From NCBI GenBank assembly GCA_002633005.1, contig NMRA01000005.1, positions 2,145,114 to 2,209,113 of the forward strand: a stretch of 64,000 bases of DNA, in the 5' to 3' direction. The notes under the pieces are model-generated. The model made no database searches. It was given only the letters and a program-made list of their open reading frames with translations, and was not told where the DNA came from. Shown piece by piece: positions 11,891 to 25,349 of this stretch. The DNA is from Phoronis australis. Taxonomy: Eukaryota > Animalia > Phoronida. Position numbers and translations under genes: made by a program. Position 1 is the first letter of the stretch, and every line of letters begins with the position of its first letter.

Positions 11891-12924
11891 CTACAAAGGC
11901 GAAAAACATGTAATTAATTTAAAAGAATACTAGAGTGTTCTACTTTTGTGTGAAATCAAGATAAGTATCTATTACTCTGTGATCTAATGCGCATTACACT
12001 TTATACATGAGTTCTTAGTCCAGGTTCGCACTTGATGACCCTATATTCGAGCTAAAAACTTTAGCCTTAACGTTGGAGTCCTCAAGTGCAAACTTGAATT
12101 AGAAAGTTATCCATGAAAGCCACTGTGTACTCCACCATTTAATAACAGCAAAAGTTGAAGAGAAAATACCTGAAATAGTTCGGTTTCGAGTAAAATGGTT
12201 AGACCGTACCCCAGGCCCAGGTTATTCCTGGGAGAAATAAGATAAGAATGGTCCAAGGTTACACTATTAGACCTCGTAGCTGTAAAGTTTCAGATTTACA
12301 TTGTATGGATTTATCCCAACCAACCTGTGTAACCAACTTATTCGCCACCTATACCTAACTATATACAGATATATATTCAACCTACTTTATCATAATGTAT
12401 ATACCTTAACTGGAAAGTTATCTGGTTTCCGTACTGGCCTTCGTTTGGTATCACAAAAGTTTAGAGCATAGCAAAAGCAAGAGGTTAAGTTTCAAGCTCT
12501 GATGCCCTACATTTTATCCAGTATTCATTTAGCTATTTAAAAGGTTACTAAATCTAGTTTTGCTGAATTCAACCAAGCCTGGTTCAGTCCATTAAGAATG
12601 CGCCGCTGGTGTTTCACTAGAGTGATGGAAAGAGTCTCACTGGTGGACGGTCTTTCCCTACAATTGTAGAACTTGTCTAAAACGTAGACCTAAATCGGGT
12701 TTGATATTCTTTTAAATGCTTAATATCAGTTTTCTTATTGAACAGAACTAAAAACTAGAGATATCTCTAATATACAGCATCGCCACCAGTCATTGTATAG
12801 ATTAGACACCTAGTATCGACATGGACAACGCATGTTCTTCGGTTTCCTGAATTTAGTCCATCGCAACATAATATTCACCTCAGCGATGACGTTGATATTC
12901 ACTTCACAGAACTGTCGGCAGTCA

Positions 12925-15900
12925 TTACATTACACTACATGTCGTGCTTCTTGGTGACTCGTAATCGAACGTTACTGACGTAGATGGCTGATTCCTTTCA
13001 TTAGAGATAGTTCTTCTCGCTGGAGAGTGAGGATTTCGTTGGCCTAACTCTTTTCGAGATTTGAGAGATGACGGTCGATTCTTGTTTATTCCTTGTGTTA
13101 GATCTTTTGAACTTAATCCTGAAAATGTTTTATTAAGTCTGCCATTTGTTGCACCCTCCGTAATGGGTCTCAAGTCGTTTTTGAAGCTTCGGGTGGGTGA
13201 AGATGACCTATAACCATTGAACATTGATTGGTCAACTTCTAAATTTGATGAAGGTTCGCTGCGACCTGTGGCTGCGCTGGGCACAAAATACGTGAATTCA
13301 GATGGTGCTCTTGAAGAAGAACCACCAAAGCTTGCTGTTGAAGATCGTCGTACTTGTAAGGAATTGCTAGTTTGGTCTTTGTCGTTATTCTGAAGCTGTT
13401 TAGTCTCGTCTAAAGCCACCACTAGGTGACTCTCCAGTTGCTTGATGCGTCCTTCTCTCTTCTCGACATCTTTTTGCAGAGTTTTTATCTGCGTGAGAAG
13501 GAGGTAAAATTAGTTCGTCATTATCATAGTAGAAAGATGTTAAGTAAAGCAAAATCCTAGGAATAAACATAGGTGGGTTTAAGGAAGCTCAGCCTCAGCT
13601 CCGTCGGCATGTCGACTTTACGGTTTACGCGGGAGTTTTCTTCCAAAACTGTAGTTGCCCCCCCCCCTCCCCCCAACCTTTACGGCATCCTATACCTCTA
13701 GTGGTAAATGATGTGTAATCTAAGAAATTAAAACCTGGAGTCCGTTTTATGGAAGTGACTTAAGACAAAAAAGCAGAAATTTGTTCTTACGCTCTCACTT
13801 CATGCTCTAGTATAATCATTTTTCGTAAATAGTTGTGTGGAGCGTACATACCGTGAATAATACGCTTACAAGGTAGTCACGCTTTTCTAAAGATATGCGG
13901 AAATTTTCACCGCTCGACCTTCTGAGCGGCTTGTACCAGGATCAAAGAGAGCAGCGGCGCCGGAATCAGGTACAATTGTGATGACCACATTGCCCGATGC
14001 GAGCAAGACCCAATTAAATGCAATTATCCGACCATAAACTGTATTAGACATCGAATTTTCAAAATGCATTAACCACTAATTTTCGTTATAAACGAACACC
14101 ACGCCGGTATTCAGCTGGAAAAAAGCAACCAAGTACGGTTTTCGATTTTTAAAAATCGATGAACTAATAATCTAAAAACTACAATCATTGGGTACGCTTG
14201 AAGATAAACTACCGCGCGTATTGATATACTCGGTGATCAGAGTTAACAATATCACATGGATTCATTTTTTAATATTATTTCAATCTCGTTTAACCAAATT
14301 TTTGACCAGGAAACAGTTGTGCCCACTTTTCATTTTTTATTACTGACAAAGAGCTAGAGTAGTTATATAGTCAGTGACACCGAAATTGACCGGAGACTCC
14401 AAATCTTCAGTTTAGTTATCACCATATTTGCACTTTTGTATATGTTTCATGATTTGAGTTCTAATAAAGATTAAACTTTAATGACACCTGAAATGTTTAG
14501 TGTACTTGTAATGTGGTAAGTTTAGGGATGGGCTCACAATGAACTTAACTAATTAAGTTAAGCTGGCGATCAAAATCTACCAATGTTTTTGTACTTCAAG
14601 ATCAAAACTTAGATAAAAATGTTATCAACCCGTTCCCAGTAAGAAAAAAAGCAAGTGGGCAGAAGCATTAAAAATTAAATAAAGAGAACCAATATGAAAC
14701 TTATCGTTCCTTTAGGAAGTTGCCCTTTGTGAAGATAAACACAAGTTAACCTTTTTAGTCATTTTGTAATATTTATAATGTACCAAGTTAAAACTACTCT
14801 CCAGAGTTGCAGGCTGTAACTCTGCACATGTCAGAGAAAACCAAATTGGGAGTACCAACAATAACCATTGTTGAGACAGCAATGCTAGCAATTACCTTTC
14901 CACTTCATTAGCTCAGATCTGCTTCAGTACAAAGGGCGTGCTGAATAGGCATCGTAAAAGTTGTCTAGGGCTTAGTGAATCAGAGCGGTCACCAGTGTAA
15001 GCGAGAAATTCTCCACATGAAGACCACTTTTTCGGCTGTCTTAAGTCTTTCATACACTCGCTGGTTCCCTGGGTGCCGCTAGGTGGGGTGGTAGCCGCGC
15101 CAGGCGGGCAGGGGACCAGCGAGTCATGAAACAGACTCCTGACGTCTTCATCTTATTTCCCATTGTTTTAACTACTTCAGTCGTCAAGATGATTTAACAT
15201 ACATGAGGCTGAATTAATGACGCCTATCTTGTGGAAGATTATGGAAAGTGATTCCACAGATATTTTTGATCCCTTTGCAGGATAGTGGTTTCAATACTAC
15301 CACTGCCTCCTGGGTCAGGTTATTCTTATGGTATACGATCTAAGGCTATATTTTTTTTGTAGCATAATTCATGTCATGGCTGAATGCAAACAGCAATTTC
15401 TCCCGAATGCCCCTCACACAATAACAGTTGTTAAGTCCGAGATTGATCCCGTCACTGAGGATTGGTACCTGTTCTTCCAGTATCGAGACTGTGCTTTCCT
15501 TCGTCACCAGTTTGGCTTCTTTCTCAGCCAATTGAGATTTGCACTGTCGTAGCTGTCTCTCTAGAACACTTTGCTTATCCACAAGACTTCGACGAAGAAA
15601 CTCCCTGAAAGAAAGAATTGAGAAACTGTCATCCACGTGCTTTAGATGTATATGGCCTGCATGTGCTCTTTTCGTAACATATGATTCGTAATAAACGAGT
15701 AATTGTTGGTTTTTGCTTTCATGTATCTTTACCCTTTGATTCATTCGTTTTTTTTTTTGCTGTCACAAACATTTAAATCATCAGTCAACAAGACTGAATG
15801 TGAATTACTGGTGCAATTGCGCAACTAATTCTTAGAGAGACTGATATCGCTAGTGAATTCTCTCTGGGATTGTTCTGGAGAAATCCTTAAGTTTCTTATC

Positions 15901-18900
15901 AGAGGAAGATAGCAGCAAAGTCAACTAACCTCCCCCGATCTATTGATTCATGATGTGATGTTAAGTAATGTTTATATCCTATGCAAGCAAGTAAGGTTTC
16001 AGTAGCAAGACTAATTAACACGCAAATTGGGAAACCTTTAAGTTGACTTTGAGATGGGTGCACACTACTTCGGCAGTAGATTAACATCAACTTAATTCTT
16101 TTGTTGTTAGTTTTACTACAAACAAGAGCACAAGTGTTGTTGATTAGTAAATTTCGTGTTACAAGATACAAGTGCGTGGTAAACGTACTGCGGTGAGACT
16201 TAGTAAGCGGACCGCAGATGAGACACGAGCAACGGACTGAGTTAATATTGACTCCCGTTGTAATTTGTTGAAGCACATACTACCTCTCATCTGCGGCATA
16301 CGTTTTGCGAAGTTAGTGCTAGTAATAGGTGGGTGAGGGGTTACACTGGGTTTCACATGCATCTCCCAAAACCACATTGAAAAACCAAAATAGGCAAAAA
16401 TAAAAACAAACCTTTCAGAATCAGCACAAGAAACGCTAAATTCAAATAATCAAAATGAAATAGCTGTTACAAACTTACGGGAGTAAATTTTATTTTGGGT
16501 GTTTAGTGAGCATTAGTCTACAGCTAGGTTGCAAAACTAATAAGCGTGGGAAATCAAAGCTTCTAACAGTTAAAACACCTTCAAATTAAAGATAATCGAA
16601 AACAAGTGTGCATTAAAATGATACTAAACCCTGTTTTATTCTACCCAAATGTACTAAGTACGACCACGTGATTTAAATTGTTGAATCAAAATAATACTGT
16701 GTAAACCTTGGCAGTCAACCCTTAGTTGTCTGGAGCAAGTTTGAAAACTTACAGTCTGATAGTTGGCAAACGTGACTAACGCTTTTGCCGAGTCAATCGA
16801 TGGTTGTGGGAATGGACTGCCCCTGCCCCTCGAACTACAAAGTTCACTTGTAATGCTGTTTTATAATGGTTTCATCCGAGTAGGTAATCGCCTAATCAGG
16901 GTTTTGCAGCATTTTTTAAAATGTAATAGTTTAAAACCCACAACATTACAATGATGTCTTTTCATTTCGTGGAATTGCAGTTAAGTTTTATTTGCTATTT
17001 GTTAAGTTTCTGATTATTTTATTTCCTTCCTAAACGAGATCTAATGTACACATTAAATTAGTTCCATCTAAGCTGGCGTCCTCTGCATTTTTCTCACCAG
17101 TTCAATTTGGCCTTTTCTTTGGAAGATTCCACGTCAATACCTTGATTCCTCAATTCCAGTTTCTCAGCATCCAGCTCTTGCCGAAGTAGTCCCAGCTCCT
17201 GGTAAATAACAAATTTGTCACTTGATGCATTTGCAGATGGGTGGTTTTTGAAGTTTGAACATTGGCTCATTTAATATCAGATTAGCTGAAAACTAGTGAA
17301 GAAATATTTTTATATACAGTTGAGGCATATTGGTAAGAACAATTTAACATCATAAATTAAGACACAACAGATGAATAGGGGATCTTTTTCATCGGATACC
17401 CAAAATTAAGCATTCCCCAAGTCGTTAACAAAATGGACTTTTGAATATCCCTTTCCCAATTAGCCTTGTTACACTGACACGTGGGCAAGTAAGATTCCGT
17501 ACTTTGTTTAGTTCCAAGAGGTCTTCCTGTTGTCTGCTCACGATTGCCTGTCGTCTGTTGAGGTACCCTTCCACTTCTTCAATCTGCACAGAACATGGAT
17601 AAGAAATGATATCAGTTTTGCCTCCAGTTTTTTTAAAGGTGGGCCTATCGAATTTCAGGTAATTGATATCAATCAGATGTTGACATTATGCAGGGATGTA
17701 TCGAGTTAAATATCGGAATCCAGAGATAACGCATTGTTTTTCAGTATGTCTGGAAGTTCACGTATACCGTTTGCTTGTATATGACCTGTGTTTGTTTTGA
17801 TAACGGTTGGCTTAACTTAGCTCATTGTTTAATACTTTTTGCCCCACCTCCTTTTCATAGTCAGTCAATGACTGTTGCCTCTGGGATAGCTCCTCTTCGC
17901 GATCTAGAAGTTTCTGTTCCTCACTAAGTAACCTCTTCTTGCGTTCCAGTAAGTCGTCGTTCTTTTTTATTTCAAACATTTCATATTCCAATAAAATATC
18001 AGTCTCTGTCCTGTGGAAATAAAATAAGCGTCATACTTTTGCAGCATTGCACTTTCAGATTCTTGCCTCTGATGTCGTAAATTAGAGGACGCTTTGCTTC
18101 TTGTTAATGCTACTACAAATCCGCATTTTGTGCAAAATTAAGGATTTAGATGATTTACATGAAATTTGCCTAACTGCTTTGAAGTAAAACAACGAAGCAA
18201 CAAATTGTACCTCATCAAAGCGTACATCATTTGAATGTAACTATAAGCTGTCACAATAAAGGGGTTTGTTGTCACTATCGGCTTTACGGTCAAAAACCGC
18301 ATTTTGAGCATTGTTGTTGCATGGGACAATAGACTTCTGAAAGTTAGCTTTGGCCATGCAGAACTATAAAACAACAAAATCCGTTGTGTTTCACGATTTT
18401 GTTACAAATCGACAATTCTCGCTATTGTCTGCGAGACATTAACTCTGAAATCAAGAACGGTAATATTGTGGTTTAATTTTGTGGTATTTGCAAGTTCTAC
18501 TCCTTGTTGAGGATTATCTCAGAACATCATTTTCTCACAAATTATGTCCTTCTGATTTGAAATAGCAGAAGACAACAACGACTTTTTGGAAATAAGGTCC
18601 TCTGACAAGCTCAAATGCCATGTTCTCTGTGCAGTTTCGAATGGTTTCATTGCGTTTCAAAAACTAAGACGAGTCTACAACCGACATGAATAGTTCACGT
18701 TCTACAGGATGTGTTTTGGGAAATTCATGTCAGAATTATCTAACTCTAGACTTACTGTGAATCTTTGTCTAAGTATTCCTCGGCTTTACTGACGTTTTTC
18801 GAGTTTGACTGCTCATCGGTGTTATTTTGAGTTTTCATGCTTGCCATCTGTTCTTCAAGATGTTCAATCTAAAATAAAACCGAAAATTGCGAATCAGTTA

Positions 18901-21900
18901 GAAGACCTGTATGAAGCGGGAGGCCAGAAAGGCAAGTGTCCCCAACCCCAGGCGTGGTGATTAACACTTGGGTGGCGACTACTATAGACGTATTAGGTGG
19001 GGCTGAGGGAATCGTGTCCACTCTAGTCCGCACAGTGTCCAAGCGATGTTTTGTAAGCCCAGTAAGCACTTTTCCAGGGAATAACAGAGGCCATCGCTCG
19101 AAAGATACCTAAAGATGACGATTGAAGTAGACTCGCACTCTAAAATGTAGGTGACATGTGATGATGTAGTAAATAGTTACATTGGAAAAGTAGAACGCCA
19201 TGTTTAGGTGGTTGAAAACGAATATCGTAGTGTACATTTTGCTCTCATATAATGGGTTCGTAATGCTTCTTACTATGATGGGATTCTACTTCCATTACCT
19301 ACAAGCACCATCAACCATCAACGACTCAAGGAAACGTTTCAGTGCTCATTGGGGTTGCACAACCCTAAAATTTGCGGGGTCGAAAATGGCGCATGTGGGT
19401 ATTTTCTGTTTATTTTGTACGTTTCATTAGACAGCAAATTCAAGATCGGATGAACATGCTAATACTTATAAATCCCAAAGCGTTCAGCTTAAAAATTCAA
19501 CATTGGCATGGGTGATTACAATAAACTAGGGCAACATTTCGTCAATGGTAGGTGGTAGCGCTCCTTTACATGTCATCAGCGGTAGATTCTACTTCTGACG
19601 CGGGTGCCAGCCGAAGGATATAATTTTCTGTAACCTTTACTACCGCTCGCTAACGTCTGGACCTTTCTAAGATCACAGTGTACATTTACTTTACTGATGA
19701 CCGGGTTCTCAGTGGTGCAGCACTGATGTAAAGCTTATTCTGAAAACTAAGCATTTGACATCTTATCACACTTCATAAGATAAATTTAGAGACGACTAGA
19801 AGATGTTAGACTCCGATTATTTACCTACGTTGAAAATAACAAACAAACGGTATGTTCGCTGCAGCCTTTTTTGAATCATGACGGCGACATCCCGTTGCTC
19901 CCAACTTGTTCGATTGTATAGCCCAACAACAAGTTGGGAAGTTTACCCCCCGTAGCCAATTAACTCCATTCTGGCGTTGATGGTTGGAGGGCCTGCGCTC
20001 TTTTGTTTGATAAATTGCTCTAATCTCCGATCAGATCGTATCTAGCCTGACTGGGGTGGGCTGATAAAAATGAAAGTTAAGTTAAGCCAGATATTATCAC
20101 AGGTCCAGCACCCCTCACGTATGGAAAAGTTACTGAACGACAGGACGCTGTAATGGTTATTGCAAACAACAAATTACAGGCTAGTTAAGGCAGTAAGTAT
20201 CAAAATAAGTGGGTGAATACTTTAGAAAACTGGTAGTATCTTAGATTGACAGTAGCTGACTGTTTCCTCGTGGTGGCGAGAAACGAAGCTAATGATTCCC
20301 CCAGACAGTCAGAGAGTGGTTCGGCGATGAAGACTAACACGCCGTGACAATCAAAATCAGGCGCATGGTCTGAAGCAATACTGAACTATCATTTTTTTAC
20401 GCACAAAAATCATTTCTAATCTAAATAAAGAACAAGATGTGAAGAATTTTATTACCATGAGTGGTCTAAATAAAAAGTGTTATTTGTTGACAGAGGGCGC
20501 GGGTTTACTGCACCTTTAAATTGGTCACGTGCCCAGCACACGGATTTGGGATATACGTCACACAACACTATGGAAACCACGGATAGCGTATCCTAAAACT
20601 AACTGTAGACGGGAATGCGTTGCACAATAGCAATTTATATATGCATACCTTTTTCTCGTATTTGTGTATTTTCTTGACTTTTCTGGCCAATTCCTTTTCT
20701 ACCTCTTTCAGTTTTCCAGTCATCTCTTCCACAGAGTCACCGGCCAACTCTGATTCGCCACCATCCGGATTCCTACATGATTAAATAGGAAAACTTTTAG
20801 ATAAAACACGAGTACTTATGTACAGTATGGTCTTATCGACATGTCGGAGTATTTAGCAAAATACCTACAAAACTATAGATTTTACCTGAGTAAAAGTATG
20901 CATTTTTTACATTTTATTAACTTGGGTTCATGCTAGCACGTCTTCTTAGTAAATTTTAGGAAAAAGAAAGGTACGTTGATTTCAAAACAACGGTATCAAT
21001 AACACGATCAAATTTCCTTTGATACAGGTGTTCAAGATCAAATCCCAAAAACGCCGTACCAGGCAGTTTGAATAATCGTTTCGCTTTTTTGTGCTTTCTG
21101 CAACTTATGATTTTTTCATTGAGATCATAGAAGTCCATTTTTGATATCCCCTTTTTACAAAAGTACAACATATTAAATACGTTTCCTAACAGCGTTTTGG
21201 AGAACAGTTCTGAATCAGTATCCTTGAAAATTCCACATGAATCTGCTCTGCCATTTCTGTTATGTGATGTTCCATCTTAAGTAAAATTTGCAACTATTTC
21301 TTGATTCAACATTACCTTTTAAACAGCTGAGTCTATATTAAGTTTTGTAGAAGATATATTATGTATTTAAAGATGCCAGAAACACAGGGAAACGACGACG
21401 CTGGTCTTCGTTATCGCTTTTTACTTAATATTTTTACGGTTTTTATTTATTTCTCCCATGGCAGTCAATGCATCCCAACTCAACCAAATATGTGTACTTT
21501 GAAAATAATTACGACTGCACAGATATTCTTCACTGTTAATCGAGAAAAACATTCACCTGCAATAGAAGTCTTTCTTCTGCTGAAGCACAGATATTTCTTG
21601 TTCTAGTTCGCTTCTTTTCGTATCCATGTTGTTAGTCACTATCTCCATCTGGTGGTAGAAATGGTGGTTACATGATAGACACAATAAACAACAACAATTT
21701 TATCTTCCATTTAAACGGTGCGTTGGCCAACACGACGTACCTTCGTTCAAATTAGATTGAATTCAAAGCTTTGAGAAGAGCTGCTTTGGACTCCTTTACA
21801 GCTTCACTGTATTTGCACCAAGATCAAAGTGTTCACAAGCGTATTCGTTTATCAGAAGCTTTAAACATCATTGACGTTTACACTAGCTCTTTGTAAATAA

Positions 21901-24900
21901 GACCCTTTTTCATGACAAGTTCTCAGAAGGCAATCAGAGAATCTAGGAAAACGTGCTCTAAGCCTTGTTTTTGCCGTACCCTGTTACTACCGGAAGTGTT
22001 CCACTCTACCTCTGCACGCGCAAAATACGTGCAACCAGCGGTGACAGGATTACTACTCGTTGATGCTTCCAGGAAAAAAGGATGCAAGTTTAAAGACTTA
22101 CTTCTTTTTTACATTGCTGCTTGAATTGATGCAGTTGGCGATTCAATTTTCTGATTTCATCCCTTTGTTTTTTCTTGGCCTCATCGAGGTCCTCGCCAAA
22201 AATCTGGAAATAAAACCACGCAACGTGGAACAAATCAGTCTAGGTTCCTTTGTAACACATTCGTCCATCTTCAGTACAACAGCATATTGCTACGGTCTAT
22301 TAATACAATGAAATAATGCAGGTTTATGAGTCACTTATATAAGTAACAGCAGAATGCCTTCGTGGCATCAGAAGGTGAAACTTTTTTTGTCGTTGGCATA
22401 AAGTAAACGCCCATTCTAAACATTGTGTGAAAGAATTATATTCCCAAACAGACAAAGTATGAATAGTCTTTCCATAAATCATGCGACTCTCCGGTCTGAT
22501 CCATACTGGTAAATTCTAATAGGCCTTCACTCTTGATTGCAATCTTCTCCAAACTTTTTCCAACGGTTTGCTCATGTTTGGTAACCCGTCTTCGCTGGCA
22601 AACAAGTTTACGTGCTCAAGTGTGTCCAAGTTTACAATCAAAAAAGTTTGCCAGAGTGTCCACTTAAGTTTCCAATACTATACTTTAAATCCTACTTTGA
22701 GGAATGCATAGACACATCTAAACGTGACTATGACTAACTGACTAACTCTACCGAAAGATCTCGCACTGACGAACACGAGTTAAGTTTGAATAAAGACAAC
22801 AACTTTTCTAAAATGTAGCGACATGTTTTGGCGGTAAAACTTCCACCATTATCAAGCTTTATTCAGAGAATAATGAATGCCAGGATGGCTACAGGTACAA
22901 TACACAGAAAATTCCAATACACGCAAAAATATCAGAACAGGATTGGGTAGCAATCAGCGAATCACAACTCAGTGTAACAGTGTTGATGACTCATGGGAAA
23001 TCTGAGCATTGAGTGAAGGAGTTTCCGAAGACAACAATTTCTTTACCATTGCAATATCGACGACTAATTTTTTTGATTTTCAATAAAAGAATTCGATATT
23101 AAAATGAGAAAATAAATATGTACTGAATACTAAGCAGGATTCCGTTTTAAAACGAAGACCTCGTGTCAGTGTGACCTAGAAGTACAAAGTTATTCTCTTG
23201 TTACTTAGAACTTCAAGTTATACTCTTCATTGTATGTAACGAAATTTTGTTTTTGATGTGAACTATCTTAAAATGTGAACAGTGCAATGCTGAAACTAAA
23301 CAAAACAGTGTTTACACTATCTTTGAATAAACAGTTAAACTTCAAGGAAAATCACGCTTTGCTGATAATTTATAACATGGTAATATTTTAAAACAATTTT
23401 GAGACTAATGTCTGATTGTTAAAATTAAAGGTCCTCTGTCTAAGTGATAAGTTATCAATTGACCAAAGCCTTAAGTCAACTGATTTATGTGAACTTTAAT
23501 ATGACTTAAATCTAATGCCACAGGTGAGTGCGAATAACACTTTCTGGTTTTAGGTTTTGTTTAAATGCGTAAAATTTGTGTCTTAATACGGAAACTGAGA
23601 AGTTGCATTTTCATTTGAATTGATTCAAGCAAAGTTTTCTACTTCATTTTGCCTCAAATAACAAACGATTACTCTTACTATAACTGTTACTGTTATAATT
23701 ATTGAAACTCACTCTTTCGCTCTCAAAAAGAACGTGGACCAATAAGGCTTCTTTTTGAAGGGTCGAAATAACTATTATGTGTTGTTGCCTAAAAGACAAA
23801 GCTCGGCCCAAAACGTGCGGTGACAGGCCAAACTCAAGAGCTTGGTTTAAAGCACTAGTGAATTGTTATCCCCTCCCTAGTTTAGTAATCACTTCTGATC
23901 TAACGAACGGTAAGTGGTCTAAACCTAATGTCAATTAAGGGCCTATAGTTGGTTTAAGGGCTATTTAAGGATATCCTTTCTCTTTTTCCAGATAGAAAAT
24001 TTATAGCTGGAATTTGGTCGCAAAAGTATCTAGTTTAAACCACGGAGGACTGTAATTCACGACACGCTTCCGTGTGAGTGATGTCTGTCGGTCCATGAAA
24101 CACTTTTCGCGTTCTAATTTAATAAAAATTAAAGGAAAAAGTGTTTTTAAAGCGGCTATAAACCGGGTCACGTCCAAGAAGATTTGATTTAGACTACCTT
24201 CTGCAATAAATTTTGTCTCAGATGTGGAGTGTACAGTTCGGTTTTAAGCAATAACAAACTGCCAGTTCTACCGAATCCCTGTAATCGCCTCCTACTTTAC
24301 TAAGAAGCAATTTAAGACCAATTTTATAACGAAGCGTGGTCTCAATAAAAGGTTATTTTTGTGATGGAAGGCGGTTTACAGTTGCTTTATGTTTTGCACT
24401 CATAAAGATTAGTTACATTTGCAAGCAATGAGTGTAAAATGGTTGTGCTTGTCCAACATGGCCAGATACAAGTTGGTGTTTACAGACACATCATATACCA
24501 ACTCAGGCTCATCTAGTATTGTTTACAAGTCTCAGCTTAGTCAACACAGGCAACACCTTAGGCACAAGGCTATCTTGAAGTGACTTATCAGAGAATGTAA
24601 CAGGACTTAAAGAGGCTATGTATAAGATTTGAAATCATAAAATTTAAGTCGGTAGACTTTTATGGGGTACTCACTTGTATATGAAATTTTATGTGCACGG
24701 ATATCAAGTGTAGGGGTATATACAACTAATACTAGAGCATGTGCTCTTTGTCATTATTAAAACTGTGAACAAATTATATTGACAGCATGTAACGACATTC
24801 TTTTAGCTATAGAAGGTGTATATGTATTACAACTTCAGAATTACTGAGATAGTTTATCACTATATATGCCGAATTGAAGACAACACCGCGTCCTAGCTCA

Positions 24901-25349
24901 AAGGTATTAATAAATTTTCATGGTCAACGTAGTTCAGAGTCAATTTTCATATTAATCTATTGTCATCGATAGTACGAAGGTCCGAAGAACTTTTTCGTGC
25001 CGACGGATCTTCGTGCCACGTTACATGTGCTTAGAAGATAAAGTGTGTTTTTGTTGGGACCAAACAGCATGAATTCAGGATCCGACGAGTTTCAGTTTAA
25101 AGTCACCATAGTCCCCAAACTTTGTCCACGAATCAGCCTAGGTCTTACCTCATTTGGGAATTCTTCTTCTCCATTTTTCACACTAGTGGATTCCATTTCG
25201 TTGAATTCGTAAGTCCGGTTTTTCTCTAAGCTAAACTGTACTCGTCGGCTGTCACTCTGAAATTCAAAACGTGCATTGTTTGATTTTTTCCTAAATATTA
25301 ATGGTTGGTTTAAATTACGAGAATATAGATATCCAAACTCTTTTGACAT
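12925..25349 (-). CDS. Uncharacterised coiled-coil protein (~558 aa, 10 exons) with N-terminal RVxF motif and C-terminal CaaX (CSVM)
   Basis: Minus-strand exons, all GT-AG, phases consistent and stop-free: 25349-25149 (ATG), 22203-22102, 21648-21557, 20772-20649, 18868-18756, 18010-17848, 17583-17503, 17198-17098, 15604-15469, 13488-12925 (TAA). E/K/Q/L-rich heptad-like sequence (e.g. LERQLRQCKSQLAEKEAKL, IKTLQKDVEKREGRIKQLE). Ser-rich disordered tail ends ...RSTTCSVM*. Confidence 0.8.
15044..15137. repeat. Short GC-rich fold-back / MITE relic
   Basis: ACTCGCTGGTTCCCTG (15056) ... CAGGGGACCAGCGAGT (to 15124) form an inverted repeat with 1 mismatch, extended by TTTCAT/ATGAAA. Confidence 0.6.
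22817..22858 (-). ncRNA. Minimal hammerhead ribozyme relic (U3:A8 core variant, G12>A), Penelope-like
   Basis: Minus strand reads AGC-UUGAUAA-U-GGUGG-AAGUUUUA-CCGCC-AAAA-CAUG-UC-GCU. Stem I is AGC/GCU, stem II is GGUGG/CCGCC, palindromic ACAUGU sits at stem III, and there is a GUC cleavage triplet. GAAA appears as AAAA. Confidence 0.5.

Noticed and set aside
21181-21256. Open exon-like stretch (NGRADSCGIFKDTDSELFSKTLLGN) on the minus strand
   Set aside because: It would end in phase 0 while the next exon needs phase 2, and the donor is weak. Exons 3 and 4 join correctly without it.
21980-22009. Possible 30-nt in-frame micro-exon (VEWNTSGSNR) in the coiled-coil gene
   Set aside because: It needs a weak GAG acceptor 2 nt downstream of a better CAG that would give an immediate stop. 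The flanking exons already join in phase.
20495-24630. Isolated TTAAAG-type transposon ends (ACTGCACCTTTAA ~20507-20519, TTAAAGGTCC ~23425, TTAAAGAGGCTATG ~24608)
   Set aside because: No matching partner TIR was found in the window, so element boundaries cannot be supported.
12925-25349. Coiled-coil CaaX gene as Spindly (SPDL1) or a nuclear lamin
   Set aside because: No AAxxG CC1 box or GNSxFxEV Spindly motif, and no lamin rod-end consensus (LNxRL, YRKLLEGEE) or Ig-fold tail, in the reconstructed protein.
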